Positions 38,234 to 48,690 of a stretch of 64,000 bases of DNA are shown piece after piece. The translations under genes and the position numbers were made by a program. Within the stretch, counting starts at the first letter, position 1, and the number at the start of each line of letters is the position of its first letter. The DNA lies in the NCBI GenBank assembly GCA_963783375.1, contig CAWANH010000028.1, positions 1,664,001 to 1,728,000 on the forward strand. Reading direction: 5' to 3'. Source of the stretch: Candidatus Eiseniibacteriota bacterium (lineage in GTDB: Bacteria > Eisenbacteria > RBG-16-71-46 > JABDJR01). The notes beneath the pieces were generated by a model, which saw only the letters and a program-made list of their open reading frames with translations, was not told the DNA's origin and did no database searches.

Positions 38234-38797
38234 TCATGGCGCGATGGCGTTGTATTTGAGAACGGCGGTGGGCGGCAGCAGGGAGTTCAAGGTCAGCATC
38301 ACCGCGTCGAACGGGGCGACCGCCATGTTCTGGGTGATCACCTGCTGGGTGCCGCCGTTGGCGGTGACCGTGAGCTCGGCGAAGCTGCCGTCGGCGATCC
38401 CCGGATCGAGGTAGTACGGGGAAAGCAGGGAAAAACCGTTGGACTGGATCGAGCTCCACAACGTGTTCATGTCGTCCACGGTGAGGCTGAAGCTCGAGAC
38501 GAGGCTGCAGACTCCGGTATCGCGGTCGATCGGATCCGTCCGGCAGAACGTGCCGCTGCCGCTGGGGTCGATGGTCACCAGCCGGATCGGATAGGCGGGC
38601 GAGACGGCGCCGGCGTAGGCGGTCACCGCGAAGTCCGGGGGGTACAGGGGAGGCGCCGCAGACGCGGACACCGAGGCAAGCCCGGAGGCGAGGAGAACGA
38701 GAAGCAGGATACCGGGGGCTCGGCGCGCTCGGCGGAGGATCCGCGCGCCCAAGCGCCGGCTCGGGGAGCTACCAGGAGTCGCATGGGGTTCCTCCAC
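38234..38797 (-). CDS. small secreted protein, DUF6438/emfourin-like fold (start uncertain)
   Basis: Hydrophobic signal; VTIDPSGSG...LWSSI...GF..L...Y....DG...LTVTANG...V pattern. Confidence 0.55.
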   Translation of the reverse strand: MEEPHATPGSSPSRRLGARILRRARRAPGILLLVLLASGLASVSASAAPPLYPPDFAVTAYAGAVSPAYPIRLVTIDPSGSGTFCRTDPIDRDTGVCSLVSSFSLTVDDMNTLWSSIQSNGFSLLSPYYLDPGIADGSFAELTVTANGGTQQVITQNMAVAPFDAVMLTLNSLLPPTAVLKYNAIAP

Positions 38798-39132
38798 GGG
38801 AATGGGGACGGAGGGGTTCCAGTGCTCACGTGAGAGTCATGTCGATTCAAGCCCAGACTAGCGCTCTGAACACGGGGTCACAAGACAAAAATGATAAATT
38901 TGATTTGATAACGTAACCACCTGAAACCCGGTGAGATAGAGGCTCGGCGGCCCTCCCGCCCGCTTCCCGTGGCAAGGCGGGAACCCTTGCCGGCTCCCTC
39001 GAAACGTCTCGCCAGCCGATCCCCCGGCGAGTAGGCTGGTGCGCTGATCTTTCCCGGCGGACCGGGCTGCGCCCTCAGGATGGGCCATCGCTCCGCGACG
39101 CCTTCGTCGAATCGCCGCAGCGGTAGTCGCAC

Positions 39133-39753
39133 ATGAGCACGTATCTCGAGATACACCCCGAGACCCCCCAGCCACGCCTGGTGCGCCAGGCCGCGGAGAT
39201 CGTGCGGGAGGGCGGGGTGATCGTCTATCCCACCGACTCGTGCTACGCCCTCGGTTGCGCCATCGGCGAGAAGGGACCCCTGGAGCGGATCTGTCGCATC
39301 CGGGCGATCCCGATGGATCACCGCTTCACCCTGGTCTGCCGCGATCTCTCCGAATCCGCCACTTACGCCGTCTTCGAGACCTCGGTCTACCGGCTCCTCC
39401 GGGCCAACACCCCCGGGGCTTACGCCTTCGTACTGAGGGCAACCCGGGAAGTGCCGCGCCGTCTCATGGACCCCAAGCGGAAGACCATCGGCCTCCGCGT
39501 GCCCGATCATCCCGTGGCCCGGGCGCTCCTCACCGAACTGGACGCCCCCATGATGACCTCGTCCCTGATCCTCCCCGGCGAGACCGGAGCCTTGACCGAT
39601 CCGGTGGAGATCCGCGACCGGGTGGGAAAGCTGGTGGACCTGGTGATCGACGGCGGGATGGGGGGATCCGATCCCACCACCGTGGTGGATCTCACCGGGG
39701 ACGCGCCCCGGGTGCTCCGGGTGGGGAAGGGCGATCCCTCGCCCTTCGAGTAG
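39133..39753 (+). CDS. yciO: Sua5/YciO/YrdC family protein (YciO-like)
   Basis: IHPETPQPRL, YPTDSCYALGC, TIGLRVPDH, PTTVVDL, RVGKG. Confidence 0.9.
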   Translation: MSTYLEIHPETPQPRLVRQAAEIVREGGVIVYPTDSCYALGCAIGEKGPLERICRIRAIPMDHRFTLVCRDLSESATYAVFETSVYRLLRANTPGAYAFVLRATREVPRRLMDPKRKTIGLRVPDHPVARALLTELDAPMMTSSLILPGETGALTDPVEIRDRVGKLVDLVIDGGMGGSDPTTVVDLTGDAPRVLRVGKGDPSPFE

Positions 39754-39803
39754 CGGCCGCTCCTCTCCGGGACCGCGGTGTCCGCCCGCCGAGGCCTCGG
39801 CGC

Positions 39804-39841
39804 AAACAAAACGGCCGCCCGGAGGAACCCCCGGGCGGCCG
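39804..39841 (-). terminator. terminator between the convergent yciO and OPT genes
   Basis: CGGCCGCCCGG/CCGGGCGGCCG stem with a UUUUGUUU tail on the minus strand. Confidence 0.75.
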
Positions 39842-39863
39842 CAAGTTGACTGCCGCAACGCGA

Positions 39864-41792
39864 CTAGTGGGCCAGGAGCTGGCGCACCATGTCGGGGCCG
39901 TTCTCCACGAAGATGAGGATCACCCCCATCAGCGCCCCGCCGGCGATGATGCCCGAAGCCACCGGGAAGAGGAACTCCTCGGCTTGCTCCTTGTTCCGGG
40001 ATTCCCAGATCCACCCGAATATCGCGCCCAGGGTGAAGAGCAGGCTGTAGAAGAAGTGGAACGTCCAGGCCAGACCGATCCCCGCCGCCGAGGGGATGTA
40101 CTTCTGCTTCTTGGGGAAGGCGAGGGCCAGAAGCGGCAGGATGATCCCCACCAACCCACCGATGGCGATCGACCACACCTTCACCGGGTGCATGGTGGAC
40201 AGCCCGTGGGACATCGCCTCGGCCACCCCGCGCCAGGTCTGGGCGGCGGGGGCCGGGAACTGGTCCGATCCCAGGGACTGGGCGTTGGGGACGAGAACGT
40301 TGAAGGCCAGCACGGTCACGACGGTCCCGATGAAGATCCCCGAAAACTGGGCGATGAACTGCTTCCGGGGATGGGCCCCCAGGAGGTACCCGCTCTTGAG
40401 GTCGGTGAGGAGGTCGGCGGAGGAGCCGGCCGCCCCCGCGGTGATGCCCGCGGCCATGAGGTTCACGTTCATGTTCCCGGGGGACAGCGACCCGAAGGTG
40501 AGCTGCATGATCTTTCCCATGGCTCCCACCGGGGTGGTGTCGGTTTCTCCGGTGACGCGGCAGGCCACCAGGGCCAGGGCGAAGGTGAGGAGCACGGCCA
40601 GGACGCTCTCCCAGTAGGCCATCCCGAAGGTGCGCTCGGCCAGCCAGGCCAGGGCGACGAGCGAGACCACCTGGCCGATCACGAACCAGGAGCCGGGGGT
40701 CTCGATGGCGTCCATCTCGTTCCGCCCGCCGCTCTTCTTCTTTCCGAACATCTCGCCGAGGCTCCGGAAGGCGCTGAGGGCGCTTCGCCACTGCAGCCCC
40801 ACCGACAGCAGTCCCGAGGTCACCATGCAGGCCGTCCCGCCCCAGAGCGACCACTGCACCAGCTCGCGGTAACCGGAGACCCCGGCCAGGGCGGGAACGT
40901 GGGCCTGCACCAGGGGGATGAAGATCATCCAGCAGGTGACCGCCCCCAGCATGATGCTGAGACTTACCCGCAATCCGACGATCGAGCCGGCGGCGATGAA
41001 GATGGGGTCCCAGGCGAACATCACCGTGCGGCCGATCCACTTGTCGCCCAGGACGGCCTCGTTGAACTTGTTGATGAGGTTGGAGGCCTGGAACGGCTCC
41101 AGCGAGGCGCCGATCCTGGGAATGAGCCGGAGCCCGTCGATCCAGACCTGGTTCACCACCGCGAATGCCGCGGCCCAGCCCAGGGCCTTGGCCGCGCGCA
41201 AGCCCTTCTCGCCGGTGGCGTGCAGCGCGCGCAGGGTCTCGGCGGCGGCGATTCCGCTCGGGAACCGGAGCTGCTCCACGTTGATCATCTGCCGCTTCAT
41301 CGGCACCGCCATGGTCACGCCGAGAACGGCCAGGAAGAACACCCACCCCAGCATCATCCCGATGGGAAGGGTGTGGTTGTTGATGAGGATGTAGGCCGAG
41401 AACGCGGAGACCAGGGTGCCGCCGGTGGAGTAGCCGGCGGAGCTGGCGGTGGACTGCATGCAGTTGTTCTCGAGCACCGTCATCTTGGTCCGGACCAGCC
41501 CGATCTTGTGGAGGGTGGTCCAGATCGCGTAGGAGAGGATGCAGGCGGTGATGGCCACCCCGAACGCCCACCCGGCCTTGAGCCCGATGTAGAGGTTGGT
41601 GAGGGAGAGGATGCCGCCCAGGACCGACCCCATGATGATCGCCCGCCAGGTGAGCTGCTTCATGGTGTCGCCGCGGCCCACGTAGCACTGGTTGTACCAC
41701 TGCCGCTCGATCTCGTCCGGGGTTCCCTTGAACCCGGCGATGGGGAGTTCGTAGGCTTCGTCAACCGGAGGCGCTTTGACGGCATCTGTCAT
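39864..41792 (-). CDS. OPT/YSL family oligopeptide transporter
   Basis: QLTWRA, NLYIGLKAGW, ENNCMQSTASSAG, LRFPSG.AAAE, DLKSGYL.GA.PRKQ. Confidence 0.93.
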   Translation of the reverse strand: MTDAVKAPPVDEAYELPIAGFKGTPDEIERQWYNQCYVGRGDTMKQLTWRAIIMGSVLGGILSLTNLYIGLKAGWAFGVAITACILSYAIWTTLHKIGLVRTKMTVLENNCMQSTASSAGYSTGGTLVSAFSAYILINNHTLPIGMMLGWVFFLAVLGVTMAVPMKRQMINVEQLRFPSGIAAAETLRALHATGEKGLRAAKALGWAAAFAVVNQVWIDGLRLIPRIGASLEPFQASNLINKFNEAVLGDKWIGRTVMFAWDPIFIAAGSIVGLRVSLSIMLGAVTCWMIFIPLVQAHVPALAGVSGYRELVQWSLWGGTACMVTSGLLSVGLQWRSALSAFRSLGEMFGKKKSGGRNEMDAIETPGSWFVIGQVVSLVALAWLAERTFGMAYWESVLAVLLTFALALVACRVTGETDTTPVGAMGKIMQLTFGSLSPGNMNVNLMAAGITAGAAGSSADLLTDLKSGYLLGAHPRKQFIAQFSGIFIGTVVTVLAFNVLVPNAQSLGSDQFPAPAAQTWRGVAEAMSHGLSTMHPVKVWSIAIGGLVGIILPLLALAFPKKQKYIPSAAGIGLAWTFHFFYSLLFTLGAIFGWIWESRNKEQAEEFLFPVASGIIAGGALMGVILIFVENGPDMVRQLLAH

Positions 41793-41940
41793 GGGAGAAG
41801 CTCCCTCGATGGAGGTTGGAGTGACGGCAGGGCCGGGCGGGCCCCCGGATTCGAGACGGCACATTCTTGCCCCAACCCGACGGTGATGCAAGGGAATAGG
41901 GGGTTTCGAGATCGGCGGGGGCGGGAACCGCGATCGCGGC

Positions 41941-42552
41941 TCAATTCATGACTTCGACGGTCGCCTGTCCCGCGGTGCGGTCGGTGATCTCGCGGAGAAA
42001 TGCGGGGAGGAGCCCCACCGGCACATCGAACTCCGCCCGCACCTCCGCACCGTACTCCGAGGCCTCGGCGGTGAGCCCCAGGGCCACCGCCGCCCCACTC
42101 ACCGCCCCCGACAGCTCGTAACCGTGGCTCACCCGGACCCGGCGGGTCACCGCCACCGTCCGGATCCCGACCCGGTCGAGAACCTCCGCCGCGGCGGAGC
42201 CGTAGGCCCGGACCAGCCCGCCGACTCCGAGCTTCACCCCCCCGAAATAGCGCACCACCACCACCGTCGCGTCCACCAGGTCCCGACCCTCGATCTCGCG
42301 GAGGATCGGGCGGCCGGCGGAACCGGAGGGTTCGCCGTCATCGTTGGCCCGGAACGTCCCGCCCGCCGGCCCGATGCGCCACGCCGAGCAATGGTGCCGG
42401 GCGTCGGGATAGTCCCGGCGCGCCGCCTCCACCAGCGCTCCGGCTTCGGCCGCGCTCCGGGTGGGAGCCGCCCGGGCGATGAATCGCGACCCCTTGATCT
42501 TGGGGATCTCGTGCTCCGCCGCCCCGGCGGGAGTGCGGTATTCCTCGATCAT
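41941..42552 (-). CDS. yigZ: YigZ/IMPACT family protein
   Basis: KGSRFIA, ARHHC.A, DDGEPSGSAG, VVRYFGGVKLGVGGLVRAY. Confidence 0.93.
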   Translation of the reverse strand: MIEEYRTPAGAAEHEIPKIKGSRFIARAAPTRSAAEAGALVEAARRDYPDARHHCSAWRIGPAGGTFRANDDGEPSGSAGRPILREIEGRDLVDATVVVVRYFGGVKLGVGGLVRAYGSAAAEVLDRVGIRTVAVTRRVRVSHGYELSGAVSGAAVALGLTAEASEYGAEVRAEFDVPVGLLPAFLREITDRTAGQATVEVMN

Positions 42553-42591
42553 CGGTTCACGTCCCGCGGCGCGGGCAACGGCCGCCTCGGC

Positions 42592-45500
42592 CTACCGCCC
42601 CGACTTGTCCGGGTAAGGGGGCGGGGTCGGCGCCGGCACCGGGTTCTCCCGGATCTCCTGCTGGAGGAGCTTCACCGCCGCCTCGATCTGCGCGTCCTTC
42701 CCCCCGAAGGTGGCATGGGGGAGGTTGTCCACCGTGATGTCCGGCTCCACCCCGTGTCCCTCGATCAGCCACGCCCCCTGGGGGCCGTAGACCCCGTACT
42801 CCGCCGCGGTGGCGATGCCCCCGTCCACCAGGAAGTTGCTGGAGCTGAGCCAGATCTCCCCGCCCCAGGTGCGGGTGCCGATCACCTTCCCCAGCCCCAG
42901 CCGGCGGAACCCCTCGGAGAAGAGCTCGCCGTCGGAGGCGGTGCGCTCGTCGCAGAGCACCACCATGTGGCCGCGGAAGGCGTACTGCATGTTCCAGGTC
43001 GGGGAGCTCCCCACCGGCTGGCTCCAATAGGACCACGCCTTCCGCATGAGCTTCTCCAGGATCCAGCTGTCGATGTTCCCCCCGTTGTTGTGGCGGACGT
43101 CCACGATCAGCCCGTCCCGGGTGAAGACCGGATAATAGTCCCGGGCCCAGTTGGTGTAGTCGTTCGCTCCCATGGCCCGGAGGTGCACGTAGCCGATCCG
43201 GCCGGTGGAGAGCGAATCGACCATCAGCCGGCGGGTGTACTCCCACTCGTCGTAGCGGAGATCGGAATCCCGGCGCGAGGTGATCGGGACCGCCACCACT
43301 TCCCGCTCGGAACCCGACGCCGGCTTCACGTGGAGGAGCACCTGCTTTCCCGCCTGGTTCCGGAGCAGCGCGCCCAGGTCCGGGGCGGAGAGCGCCGGGG
43401 TCCCGTTCACCGTGGTGATCACGTCGCCCTCGACCACGTTCACCTCGGGGCGGGCCAGGGGGGCGGCGGATTCGGGTTCATCGGGATCGGTGCGGTACAC
43501 GTGGGTCACGCGGTACCCGCCCGAGGCCTCGTCGCGGGCGAACACCGCGCCCAGGGATGCGTTGCCGATCTCGTCCTCCCCTTTGCGCATCTCCCCTCCG
43601 TACACGAAGATGTGAAGGGCGGAGAGTTCGGAGACCATCTGGCCCAGGATGTCGGACAGCTCCTCGCGCGAGGTCACCCGGTCCACCAGGGGGCGGTACT
43701 TGGTCCGCATGGCCGGCCAGTCCACCCCGTTCATCCCCGGATCGTAGAAGTAGTCACGCTCCAGGCGCCAGGCCTCGTCGAACATCTGGCGCCACTCCTC
43801 CCGGGGAACCACCGACAGCATCCACCCCGAGAGGTCCACGCCGGCCTTCTCCAGGTCGGCGGGCTTGGGCTCGGCGTCGACGACGAAGAACCCGTCTCCC
43901 TTCCGCACCAGGAGCTTCTTCCCGTCCTGGGAGAGTTCGTAGCCCGTCACGTCCTCGAGGACGGTCTTGGTCTCGAGATCCCGGTTGGTGATGGGGGCGC
44001 CCGTGAGCTTCCGCTTGGTCTCGGTGGGGGGGACGGAGATCCAGAACAGCGCCTTGTCGGTGGCGGTGAGGCTCCCGTAGTTCCCGGGGGGGACCGGCAC
44101 CTGTTCGATCCGGGCCTGGATTCCGTCCCGGTCGATGGTGACCGTGGGGGGGCCTTCGGCCGCCTTGGCCGCCTCTTTCTCCTTGGGGGCGTTCTTCCGT
44201 CGCGACGCGGCGGTGTCCTTCTTCTCCCCGGGTTTCGCCGCCTCGTCCTTCGATCCCTCCAGCTCGTCGGGAGGGGCGAAGGGGGAGCGAAGGCCCTTCA
44301 CCAGGGGGATCTGATAGATCTCGGTGGTCTTGGCGAGGTAGGGCTCGGGCTGGTAGCTCCCCCACACGCTTCGGACCGAGGAGGTGAGGTTCCGGTCCGA
44401 GAGCAGGTAGAGCCGCTTGCCATCGGGGCTCCAGGCCGGGCTATAGCTGTCGAAGCGGTCGGTGGTGACCGGGGTGATGGATCCGTCGGCCAGGCTCAGG
44501 ACCATGATCCGCCGGAACTGGTTCGGGGCGACCTTCACGTAGGCCAGCCACCTGGAGTCGGGGGACCAGGCGAGGCCGGAGATCCGGTCCAGCTCGCTCG
44601 AGTCGACCTGGCGGTCGGCCTTCCGCTCCACGTCGTAGAGGAAGAGCCGCTGTTTCTTGTCGTCGTGGGCGATGAACTTCCCGTCGGGAGAGGGTAGCGC
44701 CTCCCAGCGAAGCGTCGTCCCGTCGTGGGTGAGCTGGGTCGGCGCCCCCACCCCGTTGGCGGGAAGCGTCCAGAGCTCGACTTCCCCCGACTGGTCGGAG
44801 AAGGCCAGGATCGACTTCCCGTCGGGCATGAACCGGGCGTCGCGGTAGCGGACCCCTTCCGCGCGCTCCACCTTCACGAACCGGCCCCGCTCCTTGGGGG
44901 CCACGAACACCTCGCCCCGGGCGGTCAGCGCCACCCGGTCGCCGTCCGGCGACGCGTGAGCCGCGGTGAGGTAGTCCATGGGCTTGTCGATCCAGTGCTC
45001 GCGGGTCTGGTCGAGATCCGATTCCAGGGAGATGGGGATCACGGCGTCCCGGTCGGCGGCGATGTCGTAGAGACGGATGTCCGCGCCGAGCTGGTAGACG
45101 ATCCGGCCGCCGTCGAGATAGGGCGACTGCACGTCCCAACCCTGATGGTGGGTGTGCTGCACGAGATCGCTCCCGTCCGGCTTCATGGACCAGAGGTTCA
45201 TGGTCCCGTCCCGGTCCGAGGCGAAGTAGATCCTCCCCTCCCACCACATCGGCCGCTTGCTGGTTCCGGGGTAATCGCCGGTGAGGGGCTCGGCTTCCGT
45301 CGCCCCCGCGGTGAACTTCCAGATGTTCTGGGCGGTCCCCCCCTTGTACCGCTTGGTATGGCTCCCCTGGAAGGCGAGCCGGGTGAAGTAGAGGGTGGCT
45401 CCGTCCGGATCGTAGGTTCCGTCCGCGGCCTGGGAGAGGGGGATCATGGCGCCCACCCCCGCGACGTCCGCGCCGCTCACGTCGATCAGCGCCAGCTGGT

Positions 45501-45903
45501 AGTCGGGGAGGGTGGCTCGCTCCCGGGTGTGGTAGATCACCTTCCCGTCGGGGGTCCACCCCACCACCACCGGCCGTACGGCCCCGTAGGTGCGGCGGAC
45601 GGGGAGCCCTCCGGCCAGGGGCATGGTGTAGACCTCGGCCGGGCCCTCGTAGGAGGCGGTGAAGGCCAGCACCGTCCCGTCGGGGGAGATCGCGGGGGTG
45701 CCCTCCTCCCCGGGGGCGGTGGTGAGCCTCGACGCGGTGCCGCCGGACACCGGTACCTTCCAGAGGTCGCCTTCGACGGCGAACACCAGGGTGCTTCCGG
45801 CCAGGGCGGGCTCCCGGTAGTACCCCATCGGAGAGGCGGAAACGAGGGAGGGAGTGACGAGGGCGAAGCCCAGGAGAGCGGCCAGACGGAGTCCGAAGCG
45901 CAT
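42592..45903 (-). CDS. tricorn protease homolog (S41), secreted
   Basis: Signal peptide; PD40/beta-propeller repeats; PDZ; DVRHNNGGN, ASDGE, GTRTWGG, EGHGVEPD. Confidence 0.95.
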   Translation of the reverse strand: MRFGLRLAALLGFALVTPSLVSASPMGYYREPALAGSTLVFAVEGDLWKVPVSGGTASRLTTAPGEEGTPAISPDGTVLAFTASYEGPAEVYTMPLAGGLPVRRTYGAVRPVVVGWTPDGKVIYHTRERATLPDYQLALIDVSGADVAGVGAMIPLSQAADGTYDPDGATLYFTRLAFQGSHTKRYKGGTAQNIWKFTAGATEAEPLTGDYPGTSKRPMWWEGRIYFASDRDGTMNLWSMKPDGSDLVQHTHHQGWDVQSPYLDGGRIVYQLGADIRLYDIAADRDAVIPISLESDLDQTREHWIDKPMDYLTAAHASPDGDRVALTARGEVFVAPKERGRFVKVERAEGVRYRDARFMPDGKSILAFSDQSGEVELWTLPANGVGAPTQLTHDGTTLRWEALPSPDGKFIAHDDKKQRLFLYDVERKADRQVDSSELDRISGLAWSPDSRWLAYVKVAPNQFRRIMVLSLADGSITPVTTDRFDSYSPAWSPDGKRLYLLSDRNLTSSVRSVWGSYQPEPYLAKTTEIYQIPLVKGLRSPFAPPDELEGSKDEAAKPGEKKDTAASRRKNAPKEKEAAKAAEGPPTVTIDRDGIQARIEQVPVPPGNYGSLTATDKALFWISVPPTETKRKLTGAPITNRDLETKTVLEDVTGYELSQDGKKLLVRKGDGFFVVDAEPKPADLEKAGVDLSGWMLSVVPREEWRQMFDEAWRLERDYFYDPGMNGVDWPAMRTKYRPLVDRVTSREELSDILGQMVSELSALHIFVYGGEMRKGEDEIGNASLGAVFARDEASGGYRVTHVYRTDPDEPESAAPLARPEVNVVEGDVITTVNGTPALSAPDLGALLRNQAGKQVLLHVKPASGSEREVVAVPITSRRDSDLRYDEWEYTRRLMVDSLSTGRIGYVHLRAMGANDYTNWARDYYPVFTRDGLIVDVRHNNGGNIDSWILEKLMRKAWSYWSQPVGSSPTWNMQYAFRGHMVVLCDERTASDGELFSEGFRRLGLGKVIGTRTWGGEIWLSSSNFLVDGGIATAAEYGVYGPQGAWLIEGHGVEPDITVDNLPHATFGGKDAQIEAAVKLLQQEIRENPVPAPTPPPYPDKSGR

Positions 45904-46086
45904 GATGTTCCTCTTTGGAAGTGACAGGCAGCGGGCGGCGGGAGTGGGTTGGGGACCGTCGCGAGGCCCGAATGTCCAGGGCGGACCAGCCGGTGGATTA
46001 CACCCGATTCAGGGAGGGAAGGCAAGGGGGGTGGGACCGGGGGCCCGGCCCTCCGGTGATCCGGAGAGCCGGGTCCCGCGTCCGGA

Positions 46087-47667
46087 TCAGCGGAGGACCA
46101 GCACCTTGGCCGACGCCGTGCCGCGGTCGGTCCGGAGAAGGTAGAAGTAGACCCCGTTCGGCGCGCCCGCCGCGTTCCACTGGGCGGTATGGCTCCCCGC
46201 CGGGAGCGTCTGATCCACCAGGGTCTCCACCAGGCGGCCGGTCACCGCCACCACGTCGAGTCGCACCGTCGAGGCCTCGGGGAGATCGAACCCCGCGGCC
46301 TGGACCGGCGACGAGGGCCGGCTCATTGCGGTGACCGACGGAACGGGGCTCACCGAGGCGGCGGCCGCCTTCTTCCCGTTTCCGGGAAGGCGCAGCGTCG
46401 CGCAATCGGAGGCGGCGAGCGGCGTCCCGTCCAGGAGCGTCCCGGACAGGCTGAGCGCGCGTTCCTCGCCGTCGGTGACCGGGCCCAGGGCCGCGACCAG
46501 GTCCGAGGCGTCGAACTTGAGCTCCAGGTCCGTGAACCCGTCCTTGTGCCGCTTGCCGCAGGCGCATCCCTCACCCTCGGCGGGGGAGGTCACGTCGCGG
46601 AAGGACCACGCGATGGGGGCGATTCCCTCCAGGCGCAGGCTCATGGGATCCACGTCGTCCACGGAAAGCGCGCCGGTCCCCAGGAGGGCCGCCCACACCG
46701 TGCCCTGCTTCCGGGCGTTGAAGGAGTTGGGACAGGCCTCGGGCTGGAAGTCCATGGGGAACACCACCTCGCTCGGACCCTCGGCGGTGATCCAGACCCC
46801 GTCCGCCTCGTAGCTCACCTCGAAGGTGAAACCGGAACCGTCGCCGGGAAGGGTGACCGCGTCGAAGGCGCCGGCATAGCCCGAGGCCGCCACCACCTGG
46901 TACCGGTCCCCGTCGGCGGGGGCGTATCCCGGGGCCAGCGCCGCCACGAGGTTCCCACCCAGGCTCACCCCGCGGCTCCCGTCGGCGATCCGCAGCTGGT
47001 CGAAGCCCGTTCCCGGGTCGGTCCCGGCGAGATCGATCTCGAGCGTCCCGGGACTCCGCTGCTCGTAGCCGGCGGGAAGATCGCGCCCGATCCAGAGCAC
47101 GCCGGTGGCGCCGGGGGCGAGGCCCGGGCTTACCGTGCCGAGGTTCCGGAGCACCTGGCCGTCCAGGGAGCCGCCGTCCCCTTCCAGCCGACCTCCGGGC
47201 TGGAGGTCGAAGCCGAAGGTTCCGCCGGCCCCGTCCCGGAGGCCGGTGCCCGGCCGCAGGCAGATCGTGCCGTCGGCCCCGATGGTGTGGGGGCCGACCC
47301 CGTCCACCACCCCGCCGGCCAGGGTCAGCTTGGCCGGGAGCCCGGCGATCCCCACCGAGAGCATGGTATGGAAGGCGGCGTAGGTGGAGAGCGTGACCTC
47401 GCCGCTCACCACCTGGACCCCGGCCACCCCGCCGATGAGCGCGGCGTTGGAGGCGTCCACGGAATAGGAGCCGTCCAGGTTGAAGACGGCGAAGTCGAAG
47501 AAGAGGGAAGGATAACCGGGAGCGTTCCAGTTCCCGCTCTGGGCCCAGTTTCCGCCGTCGGGGTTCACCCAGCGGTAGGCGGCGGCTTGCGTGGCGGACG
47601 GAACCGAGGTCCCCAACCCCACCGCCGCCGCCACGACCACGAAGATGTTTCGGTGAAGAGCGCGCAT
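46087..47667 (-). CDS. secreted protein with autotransporter-passenger-like beta repeats and a C-terminal T9SS-A/FlgD-like domain
   Basis: AAGGAG SD; signal peptide; GGNW...NW, GTLEIDLAG...FDQL; C-terminal VTGRLVETLV...WNA...GVYFY...KVLVLR. Confidence 0.78.
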   Translation of the reverse strand: MRALHRNIFVVVAAAVGLGTSVPSATQAAAYRWVNPDGGNWAQSGNWNAPGYPSLFFDFAVFNLDGSYSVDASNAALIGGVAGVQVVSGEVTLSTYAAFHTMLSVGIAGLPAKLTLAGGVVDGVGPHTIGADGTICLRPGTGLRDGAGGTFGFDLQPGGRLEGDGGSLDGQVLRNLGTVSPGLAPGATGVLWIGRDLPAGYEQRSPGTLEIDLAGTDPGTGFDQLRIADGSRGVSLGGNLVAALAPGYAPADGDRYQVVAASGYAGAFDAVTLPGDGSGFTFEVSYEADGVWITAEGPSEVVFPMDFQPEACPNSFNARKQGTVWAALLGTGALSVDDVDPMSLRLEGIAPIAWSFRDVTSPAEGEGCACGKRHKDGFTDLELKFDASDLVAALGPVTDGEERALSLSGTLLDGTPLAASDCATLRLPGNGKKAAAASVSPVPSVTAMSRPSSPVQAAGFDLPEASTVRLDVVAVTGRLVETLVDQTLPAGSHTAQWNAAGAPNGVYFYLLRTDRGTASAKVLVLR

Positions 47668-48018
47668 GGCGGACTCCTTTTTCTTCACCGCGTCTTTCCG
47701 GCGACCGCTACTCACGCCCTCGCAAGTCGGCGGGAAGAAGCGGCAGACATGACAAGTGTTCGGCGGGTTGAGACGGGAGTTTGGGGGGAAGTCGGGGAAA
47801 TCATTGTCCGGTGGGGCTTATCCCGCGCTTCCTAGTGCGCATTTTCCGGGGTTGCGCCGGTTATTCCCGAACCTGGGATCGTGCGTATCGCACCGCGCTC
47901 CCGAGGATCTTCTCTTCTGCAAGACGGCGAGGCGGGGTGGGGAGAGGCGGCGGATGAATTGAGCCGGTCGCCGGCCGGGATGAGCCAAGTTTCCGGCATC
48001 GAGGCGTCAGAACCCGGA

Positions 48019-48384
48019 TCAGCTCTCGAAGGCCAGCCTGGCGTTCTCATTCTTGGAGAGGTAGACCAGGATCATGATGCCGGCCACCGTTCCGAAGGGG
48101 ATGAGGATGAGCTGAATGATCGCCATCATCTTGGCCGCCCCCCGGGACCAGTCCTTGAGCTGGAGAAGCCCCCATCCCACCACCGCGAAGGCGGCCCCGG
48201 TTCCGGCGATGGCCATCACCCCGATCATCATCCCGAAGGTACTGAGGAGCGCCCCGTGGAAGTCTCCGCCGGACCAGAGTCCGAGGAGCCCCACCCCCAT
48301 TCCGGCCAAGCCGAGCACGCAGCCTCCGGCAAGGATGAAATACCACACCGCAATCATGGTGACACCGTCGGGTCTACGTGCCAT
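48019..48384 (-). CDS. small membrane protein (3-4 TM)
   Basis: RPDGVTMIA...VGWGLL..K.WSR...IPFGT..GI.ILVYL pattern. Confidence 0.7.
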   Translation of the reverse strand: MARRPDGVTMIAVWYFILAGGCVLGLAGMGVGLLGLWSGGDFHGALLSTFGMMIGVMAIAGTGAAFAVVGWGLLQLKDWSRGAAKMMAIIQLILIPFGTVAGIMILVYLSKNENARLAFES

Positions 48385-48690
48385 GGCCAGCTCCGTGGGA
48401 ATGGAAGGAGGGTTCATCGAAACGCGGACGTCGCCGGCCCCGGCGATGCCCGGATCCCCCCAAGGAATCGATGAAACGCCCTTCTCGTCGACGACTCGCA
48501 TTCTAGTCGGGGTATACGTCGGCCACAACCTCCGGGTTGCACGATCTGGGAGCGGTCCGGCCGGCGGCCTCCGGCCCGGGGTTCCGGCCTGCCGGGGGGG
48601 TGCGCTCTCCCCGCGACTGCCGGTAAGGTAAGAGGAGAGCCCGCCGAACCGCAGAGACCACCAAGGAGCCGGCTGATCCGATCCGCATCA

